64,000 nt of DNA. Origin: SAR86 cluster bacterium AG-422-O05 (GTDB lineage: Bacteria; Pseudomonadota; Gammaproteobacteria; Magnimaribacterales; D2472). Position numbers and translations under genes: made by a program. Below are positions 15,571-30,168 of this stretch, piece by piece. Where the stretch lies: NCBI GenBank assembly GCA_003213495.1, contig QCMW01000001.1, forward strand, positions 810,181 to 874,180, written 5' to 3'. Every line of letters begins with the position of its first letter. Positions within the stretch are counted from its first letter, which is position 1. Under the pieces are notes generated by a model. It had not been told where the DNA came from. It ran no database searches and saw nothing but the letters and a program-made list of their open reading frames with translations.

Positions 15571-15621
15571 ACGCTTCAGCAAAGAATTATAATTAATTTT
15601 TATTATTTTATATATAACTAA

Positions 15622-17631
15622 ATGACAAAAGGATTACAGGTAATTTCAGACTTTGAACCTGCTGGTTCACAACCAAAGGCAATTGAGAATCTTGTTGATG
15701 GCTTAAATGATGGTCTATTGCATCAAACACTTCTGGGTGTTACGGGTTCAGGTAAGACTTACACCATGGCAAAGGTCATTGAAAAGACACAAAGACCTGC
15801 AATCATCATGGCTCACAATAAAACACTTGCTGCTCAGCTTTATGGAGAGTTTAGAGATTTTTTTCCAAATAATTCTGTTGAATATTTTGTTTCATATTAC
15901 GACTATTATCAGCCTGAGGCATATGTCCCAACGTCTGATACATATATTGCAAAAGATGCTTCAATTAATGAGCACATTGAGCAGATGAGATTATCTGCAA
16001 CAAAGGCATTAATTGAACGAAAGGATACTGTGGTAATAGCAACAGTTTCGTCAATCTATGGATTAGGTGCGCCTGAGTCTTATTTAAAGATGGTGGTTCA
16101 TTTAGATAGAGGAGATATGATTTCTCAACGAGATTTGGTTTTACGATTATCTGCACTTCAATATACAAGAAATGATTTGGATTTTAGAAGAGCTACTTTT
16201 AGAGTAAGAGGAGATACTGTTGACGTTTTTCCAGCTGATTCTGATAAAGAGGCTCTAAGAATAGAATTTTTTGGTGATGAGATTGAAAGGCTTTCTTGGT
16301 TTGATCCTCTCACAGGTGTAGTCATTAATGAAATACCTCGAGTTACTATTTTTCCAAAAACTCACTATGTAACCCCAAAAGATACTGTTACTAATTGTAT
16401 TCCAGACATAAAAGATGAATTGAAAATACGTTTGGAGTTCCTTAGAGATAATAACAAGCTCGTAGAAGCACAGCGCCTTGAAGAAAGAACTAATTATGAT
16501 ATTGAAATGATGCGGGAGCTTGGTTATTGTCAAGGAATCGAGAACTATTCCAGATACTTAAGCGGAAGAAAACCTGGCGAGTCACCGCCATGTTTGTTTG
16601 ATTATATTCCAAAGAATGCAATTGTTTTTATTGATGAATCACACGTGTCGGTGCCTCAAATAGGAGCAATGTATAAAGGAGATAGATCAAGAAAAGAGAC
16701 TCTGGTTGAATATGGTTTTAGATTGCCATCTGCGCTTGATAATAGACCGTTAAAATTTGAAGAATGGGAAATGCTAGCACCGCAAAGAATTTATGTTTCA
16801 GCAACTCCTAGTAAATATGAAAACGAGAAACAGGATAATTTAGTTGAATTATTAGTTAGACCAACCGGGTTAACAGATCCTGAAGTTGAAATAAGACCTG
16901 CAAGTACTCAAATCGACGATGTAATTGGCGAATGTAATGATCGAGTTACAATGAAAGAAAGGGTTCTTGTAACTACATTAACAAAACGAATGGCTGAAGA
17001 TTTAACAGACTATTTAAATGAAAATAATATTTCTGCAAGATATATGCACTCTGATATTGATACAGTCGAGAGAGTAGAAATTATTCGAGATTTAAGACTA
17101 GGAAAGTTCGATGTGTTAGTTGGGATTAATCTTTTAAGAGAAGGGCTTGATATTCCAGAAGTTAGTTTGGTTGCTATTCTTGATGCAGATAAAGAGGGCT
17201 TTTTAAGGTCTGATACAACATTGATCCAAACCATAGGAAGAGCTGCTAGAAATCTTAGAGGAAAAGCGATCTTGTATGCTGATAAAGTTACAGGCTCTAT
17301 GCAAAGAGCTATTGAAGAGACAGACAGAAGAAGGTCTATTCAAGAAAAATTTAATGATGAAAACAACATAACTCCAAAATCTATTTCTACAAAAGTGAAA
17401 GATATTATGGAGGGCGCAAGAGTAATAAAGGGCAATACGAAAAAGAAAAAAGAAGATATTGATAAGATTGTAGATTTTAAAATTAAAGACGATACAGTTG
17501 ATAACTTAACAGAAACATTACAAAAATTAGAGGATGAAATGTTTGTCTTTGCAAAGAAAATGGAATTTGAAAAGGCTGCTGTATGCAGAGATAAGATTAA
17601 TTCTCTTAAAAGAAAATTAATTGATCTTTAG
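15622..17631 (+). CDS. uvrB: Excinuclease ABC subunit B
   Basis: '[12 protein letters not shown]' Walker A, helicase motifs ('DESH', 'QTIGRAARN') and a C-terminal UVR domain ('[17 protein letters not shown]'). 669 aa. Confidence 0.95.
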   Translation: MTKGLQVISDFEPAGSQPKAIENLVDGLNDGLLHQTLLGVTGSGKTYTMAKVIEKTQRPAIIMAHNKTLAAQLYGEFRDFFPNNSVEYFVSYYDYYQPEAYVPTSDTYIAKDASINEHIEQMRLSATKALIERKDTVVIATVSSIYGLGAPESYLKMVVHLDRGDMISQRDLVLRLSALQYTRNDLDFRRATFRVRGDTVDVFPADSDKEALRIEFFGDEIERLSWFDPLTGVVINEIPRVTIFPKTHYVTPKDTVTNCIPDIKDELKIRLEFLRDNNKLVEAQRLEERTNYDIEMMRELGYCQGIENYSRYLSGRKPGESPPCLFDYIPKNAIVFIDESHVSVPQIGAMYKGDRSRKETLVEYGFRLPSALDNRPLKFEEWEMLAPQRIYVSATPSKYENEKQDNLVELLVRPTGLTDPEVEIRPASTQIDDVIGECNDRVTMKERVLVTTLTKRMAEDLTDYLNENNISARYMHSDIDTVERVEIIRDLRLGKFDVLVGINLLREGLDIPEVSLVAILDADKEGFLRSDTTLIQTIGRAARNLRGKAILYADKVTGSMQRAIEETDRRRSIQEKFNDENNITPKSISTKVKDIMEGARVIKGNTKKKKEDIDKIVDFKIKDDTVDNLTETLQKLEDEMFVFAKKMEFEKAAVCRDKINSLKRKLIDL

Positions 17632-18319
17632 GTGCGATGCAGCTATGTGCGCTTAATAATTGATAATAACTTTTAACTCTATCAACATAATCAATTGCTT
17701 GTTGACCTCTTGAATAGGACTCTCTGTCTACCAAGTCAAGCTCTGAACCTTTAATTACTTTGAGTTTCTCTCTAATTTCAAGCCATGTAACAGTTTGAAT
17801 ATCTGAATTAATTTGATTAGCTATTTTAATTATATTCGTCGGCCCAAGATTATAGCTTGCAAGCACGGTTGATAATTGATCTGCGTCTGTTTGACCGACA
17901 ATATTTTTTTCTTTTAGCATAGCAAAATATTTAGCACCGCCTTTAATATTTTGCTCAGGGTTTAATCTTTTTTCTACTCCCACTAGAGCTGCCGTTTCAA
18001 GAGTCACCATCATCATTCCTCTAACACCCATATTAGATTGTGCTCTTGGATCCCATTGTGATTCTTGAAAAGATATTGCAGCAAGAAGATTTTTTTCTAT
18101 ACCAGTTTCTTGTGCAGCCTCTTCGAACATTAAGTCGAATTCAGGATATCTATTTAAAAAAAGATCTTTGAACTTATTTTTTTCAAAATTGTTTAGAGGA
18201 GATTCTTCATAAGCTTGTTCCAAGATTTCATCGCAGCTTATTTGCACGGTTTGTTTTTCACAACCTATCAATATTACTAATATTGAAGTAAATAAAAAAA
18301 ATTTAAAGATATTCCCCAT
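17606..18319 (-). CDS. Lytic transglycosylase (SLT domain) lipoprotein, MltF C-terminal-domain-like
   Basis: Lipobox 'LIGC' and SLT catalytic region '[25 protein letters not shown]', 'YNLGP'. Its 3' end overlaps the uvrB 3' end by 26 nt. Confidence 0.75.
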   Translation of the reverse strand: MGNIFKFFLFTSILVILIGCEKQTVQISCDEILEQAYEESPLNNFEKNKFKDLFLNRYPEFDLMFEEAAQETGIEKNLLAAISFQESQWDPRAQSNMGVRGMMMVTLETAALVGVEKRLNPEQNIKGGAKYFAMLKEKNIVGQTDADQLSTVLASYNLGPTNIIKIANQINSDIQTVTWLEIREKLKVIKGSELDLVDRESYSRGQQAIDYVDRVKSYYQLLSAHSCIAPKDQLIFF

Positions 18320-18382
18320 TTTTAATTATTTAATTAATAAAAACTTTATAATTGTTATATACAATATTTCAGACTTATAGAA

Positions 18383-21300
18383 GTGTCAAAGAGTAAAAGC
18401 TTTATATTTCAGGGTAAACAAAGTTTTTCAAGCTCAAAGCTTGAACAATTATCTAAAAAATTCACCGAATTAAATAAATTTGAAACAAATATTGATTCTC
18501 ATGAAATATATTTTGTTGAGATAAAAAATGATGAGTCTGAATTAGAAAATCTTAAAGATATCCTATCAGCAAACAACTTAACTGATACATTTAATTTTTA
18601 CATTGGGCCAAGATTAGGAACAATTTCACCATGGGCCTCTAAAACAGAGGATATTTTAAAAAATGTAGGGATGAGCAATATAGAAAGAATTGAAAAATTA
18701 AACGGTTTTATTATTGAACCAAGTAAAAATCTCAGAGAGTTGAATCTTTCAATGTTTTACGATCGCATGACTCAATCAGTTTACAAAAACGTTGATGATT
18801 TTAAGAACTTATTTAAATCTGATAATCCAAGATCATTACAACATATTGAGATAATTGAAAAAGGTATTGAGGAATTAGAGAGTGCTAATAAGTCTTATGG
18901 TTTTGCTATGAGTAATGATGAAATCGAATATCTTTATGATTTTTATACAAATCAAAAAAGAAATCCAACTGATGCAGAGCTAATGATGTTTGCACAGGCT
19001 AACTCCGAGCATTGTAGACATAAAATTTTTAATGCTAAGTGGAATGTTGATGGAGAAAAGAAAAATAATACATTATTTGATCTTATTAAAGAAACAAGCA
19101 AATCTTCTCCTAACGGAATAATTTCTGCATATAAAGATAATGCAGCAATTATTGAGGGTGAGTCTGTAGAGCGGTTGCATCTTGATAAAAATAATAACTA
19201 TAGTTTTGTTGAAGATAAGCTCAATTCGACCATAAAAGTTGAAACTCATAATCATCCTACAGCGATTTCACCATATCCTGGAGCATCAACAGGTTCTGGA
19301 GGCGAAATTAGAGATGAGGGTGCAACTGGTAGAGGTGCAAAACCTAAAGTTGGTCTTGTTGGATTTAACGTTTCAAATCTTCGAATACCTAATCTAAAAA
19401 GAAGTTGGGAAAAAGCAGAACATAAGCCATCAAGAATAGCATCTCCATTGGATATTATGATTGAGGCTCCTATTGGCGCAGCAGCATTCAATAATGAATT
19501 TGGGAGACCTTCGACACTTGGTTATTTCAGATGTTTTGAAACTGACTTTATAGAGAATAAAGCATTTGGATATCACAAGCCAATAATGCTAGCAGGCGGT
19601 ATTGGAGAAGTAAGAGATTCAAATAACTTTAAATTACAAATTGAAAGTGATTATCTGGTTGTAGTGCTTGGAGGACCTTCGATGTTGATTGGTCTTGGAG
19701 GTGGAGCTGCCTCATCAGTATCCTCAGGCGAAAGCGATGAGGACCTAGATTTTGCATCGGTCCAAAGAGATAACGCTGAAATGGAAAGAAGATGCCAAGA
19801 AGTTATAAATAGATGCTCATCGCAAGAAAATAGCTTCATTGAATTTATCCATGATGTTGGAGCGGGTGGTTTGTCAAACGCTATTCCAGAACTTGCAAAG
19901 GATTCAGATTTAGGGGTATTTATTGAGCTTTCAAAAATCCCTAATGCAGACAAATCAATGTCACCAATGGAAATTTGGTCAAATGAGTCTCAAGAAAGAT
20001 ATGTTTTAGCGATTCATAAAGACAATAGAGATGCATTTGAAAAGATTTGCAAAAGAGAAAGATGTGAATATGCAATTGTAGGCGTTACAACCGAGGAAAA
20101 ATCAGTAAAACTTTTTGATGAAGAAAATAATAATTATCCTGTAGATGTTCCGCTTTCAATGCTTTTTGGCGAGTTGCCAATAACTGAGATGGACATATCA
20201 AGCAGTCCTGAAGTAGAAACAATTGAAGATGATTGCGAATCCTTTAATCTTAGGGATGCAATTGTTAAAACATTGCAACATCCAACAGTTGCATCTAAAT
20301 CTTTTTTAATAACTATTGGCGATAGAACCGTAGGAGGAATGGTTGCCAGAGATCAATTTATAGGTCCTTTTCAGGTTCCAGTTTCAGATTATTCTCTGTG
20401 TTTAAGATCTTTCACATCTCTCACAGGTGAAGTTATGTCTATTGGTGAAAAATCAACCTTGGCTGTAACAAACCCTCAGGCATCTTTACGAATGGCTATG
20501 GGTGAAGCTTTAACTAATATGGCTGGCGTAGTAATTAAAGGATTAGATCATGTCCAGGTATCTGCAAACTGGATGGCAGCCTCTGGAGACCCTAAACAAG
20601 ATTCTGCTTTGAGGAATGGGGTTGAGGCACTTTCTAAAATTAGTGTTGAACTTGAAGTATCTATACCAGTTGGAAAAGATTCTTTATCAATGAGAACTAA
20701 GTGGAATGAGGAAAAGAATGAATATGAAGTAACAAGTCCTTTATCAGGAATTATTTCAGCAATGGCGCCTGTAGAAGATATATCTCGTTCTGTTACACCA
20801 GAATTAAATGTTGATGAAGATTCAGTCATCTTGGTGGTTAAAATAAATCAAAAGAATAGACTAGCAGGATCTATATTTTCAGAAATTACTGAATCCAAAT
20901 ATGACGAAACTCCTGATATTGACGATGTGAAACTTTTCAAATCTCTTTTTAACCAGATTCAAAAACTGATAAAAGATAATAAGATCTTAGCAATGCATGA
21001 TATTTCTGATGGTGGTCTGGTTACAGCATTAGCAGAAATGTGTTTTACAAAGAAAGTTGGGATGAGCATTCAAGTAGATGATATTGATAGTATAAATAAG
21101 ACTTTATTTTCAGAAGAAATTGGATTTGTAATTCAAGTTAAGTCTGATGACCTAGATATAGTTAAAAGCTCTTTGGATAAGATAAATATATATGTCGAAG
21201 AAGTTGCAACTATTGTTGAAGAAAGCTTTTCAATCTCATCTAAAGAGAAAGAAGTGTTCAGTGAATCAATAACTGTTTTAGAGAAATATTGGAGAGAAAC

Positions 21301-22222
21301 TTCACATGCTATTCAAAGTATTAGAGATAACAAAAAAATTGCTGATTCAGAATTAAATTTATTAGACAACAAAAATTATCATGGACTAAATTCAAATGTT
21401 TCATTTGATGAAAATCGAATCAAAAATCTATCAATTAAAGGTATAAAACCAAAAGTAGCAATTTTAAGAGAGCAGGGAGTTAATGGTCAGAATGAAATGG
21501 CAGCAGCTTTTACAATTGCGGGATTTGAAGCATTTGATGTGCATATGCAAGATTTACTTGATGGAAATACAGATTTAAAACAATTTCAAGGCATGGCTGT
21601 TTGTGGAGGCTTTTCGTATGGAGATGTTTTAGGTGCTGGTGGAGGCTGGTCTAAAACAATTCTTTACAATAACAATGTTAAAGATCAATTCCAGCAATTT
21701 TTTGAAAATAAAGCTACATTCACTCTTGGTGTATGTAATGGTTGTCAAATGTTGTCAAATCTAAAAGATATTATTCCTGAAGCAGATTATTGGCCAAGCT
21801 TTGAGCGAAACTTTTCAGATCAGTTTGAAGCAAGATTAGTTCAGGTTAAAGTAGAAAATACTAACTCAGTTTTACTTCGGAACATGAACGGTTGGACAGT
21901 TCCAGTTGCATCAGCTCACGGTGAGGGAAGAGCAAACTTTCAGACGAATAATTTAGAAGAACTTAAAAAACAAAATCAAATTGCAATGAGATTTGTTGAC
22001 TCAAGCGCAGAACATACTGAAGTTTATCCATTAAACCCAAATGGTTCACCAGAAGGAATAACCGGCATTACTGCAGCAAGTGGCAGAGTTACTATAATGA
22101 TGCCCCATCCTGAGAGAGTATTTAGAAAGTATCAAATGAGCTGGCATCAAAAAGACTGGCCTGAATATTCGCCTTGGATGCAAATCTTCGTTAACGCTAA
22201 AGAATATAGCGACGAAAATTAA
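18383..22222 (+). CDS. purL: Phosphoribosylformylglycinamidine synthase, single-chain type
   Basis: 1279 aa with a GTG start. 'AQANSEHCRHKIFN', 'VETHNHPTAISPYPGASTGSGGEIRDE' and a C-terminal glutaminase domain ('GVCNGCQM', 'MMPHPER'). Confidence 0.95.
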   Translation: MSKSKSFIFQGKQSFSSSKLEQLSKKFTELNKFETNIDSHEIYFVEIKNDESELENLKDILSANNLTDTFNFYIGPRLGTISPWASKTEDILKNVGMSNIERIEKLNGFIIEPSKNLRELNLSMFYDRMTQSVYKNVDDFKNLFKSDNPRSLQHIEIIEKGIEELESANKSYGFAMSNDEIEYLYDFYTNQKRNPTDAELMMFAQANSEHCRHKIFNAKWNVDGEKKNNTLFDLIKETSKSSPNGIISAYKDNAAIIEGESVERLHLDKNNNYSFVEDKLNSTIKVETHNHPTAISPYPGASTGSGGEIRDEGATGRGAKPKVGLVGFNVSNLRIPNLKRSWEKAEHKPSRIASPLDIMIEAPIGAAAFNNEFGRPSTLGYFRCFETDFIENKAFGYHKPIMLAGGIGEVRDSNNFKLQIESDYLVVVLGGPSMLIGLGGGAASSVSSGESDEDLDFASVQRDNAEMERRCQEVINRCSSQENSFIEFIHDVGAGGLSNAIPELAKDSDLGVFIELSKIPNADKSMSPMEIWSNESQERYVLAIHKDNRDAFEKICKRERCEYAIVGVTTEEKSVKLFDEENNNYPVDVPLSMLFGELPITEMDISSSPEVETIEDDCESFNLRDAIVKTLQHPTVASKSFLITIGDRTVGGMVARDQFIGPFQVPVSDYSLCLRSFTSLTGEVMSIGEKSTLAVTNPQASLRMAMGEALTNMAGVVIKGLDHVQVSANWMAASGDPKQDSALRNGVEALSKISVELEVSIPVGKDSLSMRTKWNEEKNEYEVTSPLSGIISAMAPVEDISRSVTPELNVDEDSVILVVKINQKNRLAGSIFSEITESKYDETPDIDDVKLFKSLFNQIQKLIKDNKILAMHDISDGGLVTALAEMCFTKKVGMSIQVDDIDSINKTLFSEEIGFVIQVKSDDLDIVKSSLDKINIYVEEVATIVEESFSISSKEKEVFSESITVLEKYWRETSHAIQSIRDNKKIADSELNLLDNKNYHGLNSNVSFDENRIKNLSIKGIKPKVAILREQGVNGQNEMAAAFTIAGFEAFDVHMQDLLDGNTDLKQFQGMAVCGGFSYGDVLGAGGGWSKTILYNNNVKDQFQQFFENKATFTLGVCNGCQMLSNLKDIIPEADYWPSFERNFSDQFEARLVQVKVENTNSVLLRNMNGWTVPVASAHGEGRANFQTNNLEELKKQNQIAMRFVDSSAEHTEVYPLNPNGSPEGITGITAASGRVTIMMPHPERVFRKYQMSWHQKDWPEYSPWMQIFVNAKEYSDEN

Positions 22223-22759
22223 TTACCAAAGTTTTATATCTTCTTCTCTAAAAATAAACTTATTTATTTCTTTATCTTCGATATAGTATTCAAGGGTCTT
22301 TTTTACAGTTGGAAACGCTATTTCATCCCACAGAATCTCATCTATTTGGAATAATTTAACTTCTGAACTTTCAACTGTTGGACCAAAGTTTTCATCTAAT
22401 AAATCAGCTAAATAAAACATATGGACTTGATTTATGTGAGGGAGACTAAACATTGTATAGGGCATTACGATTTCAGCTTTTGAACCAGTTTCTTCTAAGG
22501 TTTCTCTAATAGCTCCATCTTGAAGAGTTTCAGCATTTTCCATAAAACCTGCAGGCAGTGTCCATAAACCTTTTCTAGGGTTGATATTTCTTTTTGCCAT
22601 AAGAATACTTTCATTTCTCAGACAAAGAGCACCTACAACAACATTTGGATTAGTATAAAAAATAGTGTTGCACTCTTTGCAACAATATCTTTTCATATTG
22701 TCATCCTTTGGAATTTTGAATTCCAATTTATCACTTCCGCAATTTGAACAATATTTCAA
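22223..22759 (-). CDS. NUDIX hydrolase with an N-terminal zinc ribbon
   Basis: 'CSNCGS...CCKECN' followed by the Nudix box 'GFMENAETLQDGAIRETLEETG'. Confidence 0.8.
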   Translation of the reverse strand: MKYCSNCGSDKLEFKIPKDDNMKRYCCKECNTIFYTNPNVVVGALCLRNESILMAKRNINPRKGLWTLPAGFMENAETLQDGAIRETLEETGSKAEIVMPYTMFSLPHINQVHMFYLADLLDENFGPTVESSEVKLFQIDEILWDEIAFPTVKKTLEYYIEDKEINKFIFREEDIKLW

Positions 22760-22812
22760 TTTTATTCCTTATATTTAAGAATATAGAATCGTAAGAAGTT
22801 ACACTAATCTAT

Positions 22813-23401
22813 ATGTTAGACAGCATAAAGCAAAAACTGAAACAAATAAATCTAATAGATAGCACAATCTATAAAAAAGCAGGAGTATTAATCTTACTTT
22901 TGCATGAAAATGATAAAGAAGATCTGAGGATCTTATTTACAAAAAGGTCCTCAAATTTATCAACTCACTCTGGTGAGGTAAGTTTTCCAGGCGGCAAATG
23001 GGAGGAACAAGATAAAAATTTATTTGATACCGCAGTGCGAGAATCTTATGAAGAAATTGGCCTTAAAAAAGATAATATGATTAAACTGGGATCATTAAAT
23101 TTTTTGCTTTCAAGGCATAAAGTAGAAGTTAATCCATTTGTTGGCTACCTTGCAACTGAACAGGTTTTTGAGGGCAATTACGAAATAGATACGATTTTTA
23201 CTGTTCCAATAAGTTTTTTAATTAATCCTAAAAACATAAGTTATAAAGAATTTAATAGAAAGGATTTGAAAGTATCTATTCCAAGTTGGGTTTATAATGG
23301 AAACCATATATGGGGTCTTACAGCAATGATTACTGCAGATTTTCTTAATATTTGTTTTAATGCCTCAATAAATACTGATTTAGATTTGATAAGAGCATAC
23401 G

Positions 23402-23412
<11 letters not shown>
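22813..23412 (+). CDS. NUDIX CoA pyrophosphatase-like protein
   Basis: 'LFTKRSSNLSTHSGEVSFPGGKWE' plus the Nudix box 'AVRESYEEIGL', as in NudL/PCD1-type enzymes. Confidence 0.75.
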
Positions 23413-26492
<3,080 letters not shown>

Positions 26493-26501
26493 AAAAATAC
26501 T

Positions 26502-27716
26502 ATGTCAAAAATTATTGTTCAAAAATTTGGAGGCACTTCTGTTGGTTCAGTTGAAAGAATTGATGCAGTTGCCGAGATCATCAAAAATGCCTCAAAATCT
26601 AATGAAATAATTGTAGTTGTATCTGCAATGGGCGGAGAAACAAATAAATTAATAAAACTATCAAAACATTTTAGTGAGGATCCGGACAAAAGAGAATTTG
26701 ATGCATTAGTCTCAACTGGTGAAACCGTAAGCTCAGCTTTGTTAGCAATGGCATTGCATTCAAAAGGCATTAAAGCAAAATCATACTCTGCATCACAAAT
26801 TGCTATGAAAACTACCAATACATTTTCAAAAGCAAAAATTCTAGATGTAAATGCAAAAAAAATACTTGAGGTAGTTGAGGATAATACAATCCCTATTATT
26901 ACTGGCTTTCAAGGCATTACTGAAGGTGGTGATGTAACAACTCTAGGTAGAGGTGGTTCTGACACAACTGCCGTTGCAATAGCAGCCCAGGTCGGAGCAT
27001 TAAGATGTGATATTTATACAGACGTTGATGGCATTTTTACTACCGATCCAAAAGTTGTTTCGAATGCAAAAAAATTAGATTCAATTACAATGGAAGAAAT
27101 GCTTGAGCTTGCAGGGCAAGGAGCAAAAGTAATACAAACTAGAGCAGTTGAATTTGCTAATAAATATAATGTCCCTGTCAGAGTTTTATCAAGCTTTAAT
27201 GAAGGAAATGGAACTTTAATTTCTTTGAAGGATGAAAGTATGGAAAATGCATCAGTCTCTGGCATAGCCTTTCAAAAAGATCAGATTAAATTTACTTTAC
27301 ATGGTGTTGGTGATGTTCCTGGAACCGCTTTTAAGATTTTAGGACCAATAAGTGATGCCGAGGTTGAAGTCGATGTTATTGTTCAAAACGTGAGTGTTGA
27401 TGGTAAAACTGATTTTACATTTACTGTTTCATCTGAAGATGAGGATACTGTTAAAAAGGTTCTTGAAAATGTAAAAAATGATATTAGTTTCAAAAAACTT
27501 ATCGTTGATTCTAATATTGCAAAAGTTTCCTTGGTTGGTGTGGGAATGAGATCTCAAGCTGGTGTCGCTAGTAAGGCTTTTAAAGCTCTTTCAGAGAATG
27601 ATGTTAATATACAAATCATATGCACCTCAGAAATTAAAATTACAATGGTAGTTGAGAAAGATTTAGTAGATAAGGCAGTTGAAGTGCTTCATAAAGAGTT
27701 TGAATTAGAAAAATAG
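26502..27716 (+). CDS. lysC: Aspartate kinase
   Basis: 'IVQKFGGTSVGS', 'TLGRGGSDTTAVAIAA' and C-terminal ACT domains. 404 aa. Confidence 0.9.
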   Translation: MSKIIVQKFGGTSVGSVERIDAVAEIIKNASKSNEIIVVVSAMGGETNKLIKLSKHFSEDPDKREFDALVSTGETVSSALLAMALHSKGIKAKSYSASQIAMKTTNTFSKAKILDVNAKKILEVVEDNTIPIITGFQGITEGGDVTTLGRGGSDTTAVAIAAQVGALRCDIYTDVDGIFTTDPKVVSNAKKLDSITMEEMLELAGQGAKVIQTRAVEFANKYNVPVRVLSSFNEGNGTLISLKDESMENASVSGIAFQKDQIKFTLHGVGDVPGTAFKILGPISDAEVEVDVIVQNVSVDGKTDFTFTVSSEDEDTVKKVLENVKNDISFKKLIVDSNIAKVSLVGVGMRSQAGVASKAFKALSENDVNIQIICTSEIKITMVVEKDLVDKAVEVLHKEFELEK

Positions 27717-29051
27717 ATGTTTGATTTAAAAATTCAGAATTGCAAAATCGTCAACGAAAATACTGTGACTGAAGCAGATATTGCTATCAAGAATTCAAGA
27801 ATTGAGTTGATAGAGAAAGAAATCATAGCAGAAGCAAAAGAGGTGATAGATGCAAAAGGACGCTACGTAATTCCTGGATTAATAGATGATCAGGTTCATT
27901 TCAGAGAACCAGGTTTAACTCATAAGGGTGATATTGCAACAGAGTCAAAGGCAGGATTGGCTGGCGGAGTAACAAGCTATTTTGAAATGCCTAATGTAAA
28001 CCCAACAACCACAACAAATGAAAATTTAACAAAAAAATTCCAATTAGCTAGCACCAAGTCACTTTCAAATTATTCTTTTCATCTTGGTGCAAGCAATACC
28101 AATATAGAAGAAATTAAAAGAGCAGATATTCATCAAGCATCTGCTTTAAAAGTATTTATGGGTGCTTCAACAGGAGAAATGTTAGTTGATGACATAGACG
28201 CACTTGATGACATTTTTAATTATTCGCCACTCATAGTTGTTACTCACTGTGAAGATCAAGGTACTGTCAAAAAAAACGAACAACTTTTTTACGAAAAATA
28301 TGGAAATGAGGTTTCTGCCGAACATCATCATTTAATTCGTGATGTTGAAAGCTGTTATCTATCTAGCTCTTTGGCTGTCGATTTAGCTAAAAAGTATGAT
28401 TCAGACTTACATGTTTTTCATTTAACTACAGAAAAAGAAATGGATTTATTTAGCTCTGGAACAATTGATGGAAAAAAAATTACCTCTGAGGTTTGTGTTC
28501 ATCATATGTTTTTCAATGAAACATACTACAAAGAGTTAGGTAATCAAATTAAATGCAATCCTTCAATTAAAGAGGAGTCTGATAGGTTGGCATTAATAAA
28601 ATCTTTATTAGATGACAAGATTGATATTATCGCAACTGATCATGCTCCACATACTTGGGATGAAAAAAGTAAACCATACCCCGAGGCTCCAGCTGGACTT
28701 CCTCTTGTACAGCATGGACTCCAAATACTTATGGATTTCTTCCATAATGATATTCTCACTCTAGAAACTATTGTTGAAAAAACAAGCCATAACGTTGCAA
28801 AAAGATTCCAAATTAAAGATAGGGGATATATAAGAGAGGGTTATTATGCTGATCTCGCTATATTGGATTTAAATAATCCATATCAAGTATCTAAAGAAAA
28901 TATTTTATATAAATGTGGTTGGTCACCCTTTGAAGGGCATAAATTTAATTCGTCTATATTTATGACTGTAGTAAATGGAAACATTGCGTTTAAAGATGGT
29001 GTTGTTAGTGAGAACCTTCCTTTAGGGATGCAAATAGAATTCAATAGATAA
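27717..29051 (+). CDS. pyrC: Dihydroorotase (cyclic amidohydrolase family)
   Basis: 'PGLIDDQVHFREPG' metal-binding HxH-type motif and 'IATDHAPH'. 444 aa. Confidence 0.7.
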   Translation: MFDLKIQNCKIVNENTVTEADIAIKNSRIELIEKEIIAEAKEVIDAKGRYVIPGLIDDQVHFREPGLTHKGDIATESKAGLAGGVTSYFEMPNVNPTTTTNENLTKKFQLASTKSLSNYSFHLGASNTNIEEIKRADIHQASALKVFMGASTGEMLVDDIDALDDIFNYSPLIVVTHCEDQGTVKKNEQLFYEKYGNEVSAEHHHLIRDVESCYLSSSLAVDLAKKYDSDLHVFHLTTEKEMDLFSSGTIDGKKITSEVCVHHMFFNETYYKELGNQIKCNPSIKEESDRLALIKSLLDDKIDIIATDHAPHTWDEKSKPYPEAPAGLPLVQHGLQILMDFFHNDILTLETIVEKTSHNVAKRFQIKDRGYIREGYYADLAILDLNNPYQVSKENILYKCGWSPFEGHKFNSSIFMTVVNGNIAFKDGVVSENLPLGMQIEFNR

Positions 29052-29105
29052 ATTAGTTATTTTTAATTAATCTTAGAGTTATAATCCTCTTTTTTTAGGT
29101 GATTA

Positions 29106-29195
29106 GGAGAGTTGGCTGAGTGGTCGAAAGCGCCTCCCTGCTAAGGAGGTAACTGGGCAACTGGTTCGAGGGTTCGAATCCCTCACTCTCCGCCA
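29106..29195 (+). tRNA. tRNA-Ser (anticodon GCT), long variable arm, CCA encoded
   Basis: GGAGAGTTGGCTGAGTGGTCGAAAGCGCCTCCCTGCTAAGGAGG...GGTTCGAATCCCTCACTCTCCGCCA. Anticodon loop CT-GCT-AA. 90 nt class II tRNA. Confidence 0.9.
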
Positions 29196-29215
29196 TTTTT
29201 ATGATTTAATACGCT

Positions 29216-30076
29216 ATGGCAAAAGAACATATATCTAATTTCTTGAATGACTTCTCAATTGAAGTCACACCAAATGCAGCAAAAAAAATTGACAAATTTT
29301 CTGAACACTTAACTCCAGGTACCTTAATTTATGTTGCTCATATTGAAGGCACACCAATTGAGGAGACTGTTGAAACTGCAAAAAAAATTTCTGACCAAGG
29401 GTTTATTCCAATGCCTCACTTTCCAGCAAGAATTATTAAAAATAAACAAGTGCTCAAAGACTGGATTGCAAGATATCAAAATGAAGCAGGCGTTGAAAAC
29501 GCACTTTTAATTGCAGGTGGCGCAAATAAGCCTTATGGAGATTTTGATTCATCAATTCAATTGATTGAGTCAGGATTATTTGATAAAGCAGGATTTAAAA
29601 ATCTGCACATAGCCGGCCACCCAGAGGGCAACATTGATATTGATCCTAATGGTTCATCCAAAAATGTTGATGAAGCTTTGTCTTGGAAAAATGAATTTAG
29701 CAAAAGAACAGATGCATCTATGGCAATTACCACTCAATTTTGTTTTGACTCAAGTTCTGTAATTGAATGGGCAAACAACGTTAAGAAATCTGGTATAAAC
29801 ATGCCTGTGCATATTGGTATTGCTGGTCCAGCAAAATTGCAAACGCTTCTTAGATATTCTATTGAGTGTGGTGTTGGAGCGTCAATAAAAATTCTTCAAA
29901 AAAGAGCAAAGGATATTACAAAATTATTGCTTCCTTATAAACCAATCCAAATAATAAGTGAGCTTGCAAAATATAAAGCAAATAATCCAGATTTTAATAT
30001 TGAAAAAGTTCATTTTTTTCCCTTAGGTGGCATCAAGAAAGTAAGTGAATTTGTTCAAGAAATATCAAAAATATAA
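29216..30076 (+). CDS. Methylenetetrahydrofolate reductase-like protein
   Basis: 286 aa. 'FSIEVTP' start and 'HIAGHPEG' are reminiscent of the MetF/MTHFR TIM barrel. Assignment is tentative. Confidence 0.5.
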   Translation: MAKEHISNFLNDFSIEVTPNAAKKIDKFSEHLTPGTLIYVAHIEGTPIEETVETAKKISDQGFIPMPHFPARIIKNKQVLKDWIARYQNEAGVENALLIAGGANKPYGDFDSSIQLIESGLFDKAGFKNLHIAGHPEGNIDIDPNGSSKNVDEALSWKNEFSKRTDASMAITTQFCFDSSSVIEWANNVKKSGINMPVHIGIAGPAKLQTLLRYSIECGVGASIKILQKRAKDITKLLLPYKPIQIISELAKYKANNPDFNIEKVHFFPLGGIKKVSEFVQEISKI

Positions 30077-30168
30077 TTTATATATAAAAGCTATATATTC
30101 AAATTTTTACCAATAACTACAAAAGTACTATTATAAGAAGTTATAGTTTTATTTAGAGGAGAGATTTT

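Noticed and set aside
17606-17631. 26-nt convergent overlap of the uvrB and lytic transglycosylase 3' ends, and the zero-nt gap between the purL and NUDIX stops at 22222/22223
   Set aside because: This is consistent with the general compaction of this genome, where many ATGA and TAATG junctions occur. I have no evidence of a specific regulatory role, and it could also reflect a slightly shorter true C-terminus.
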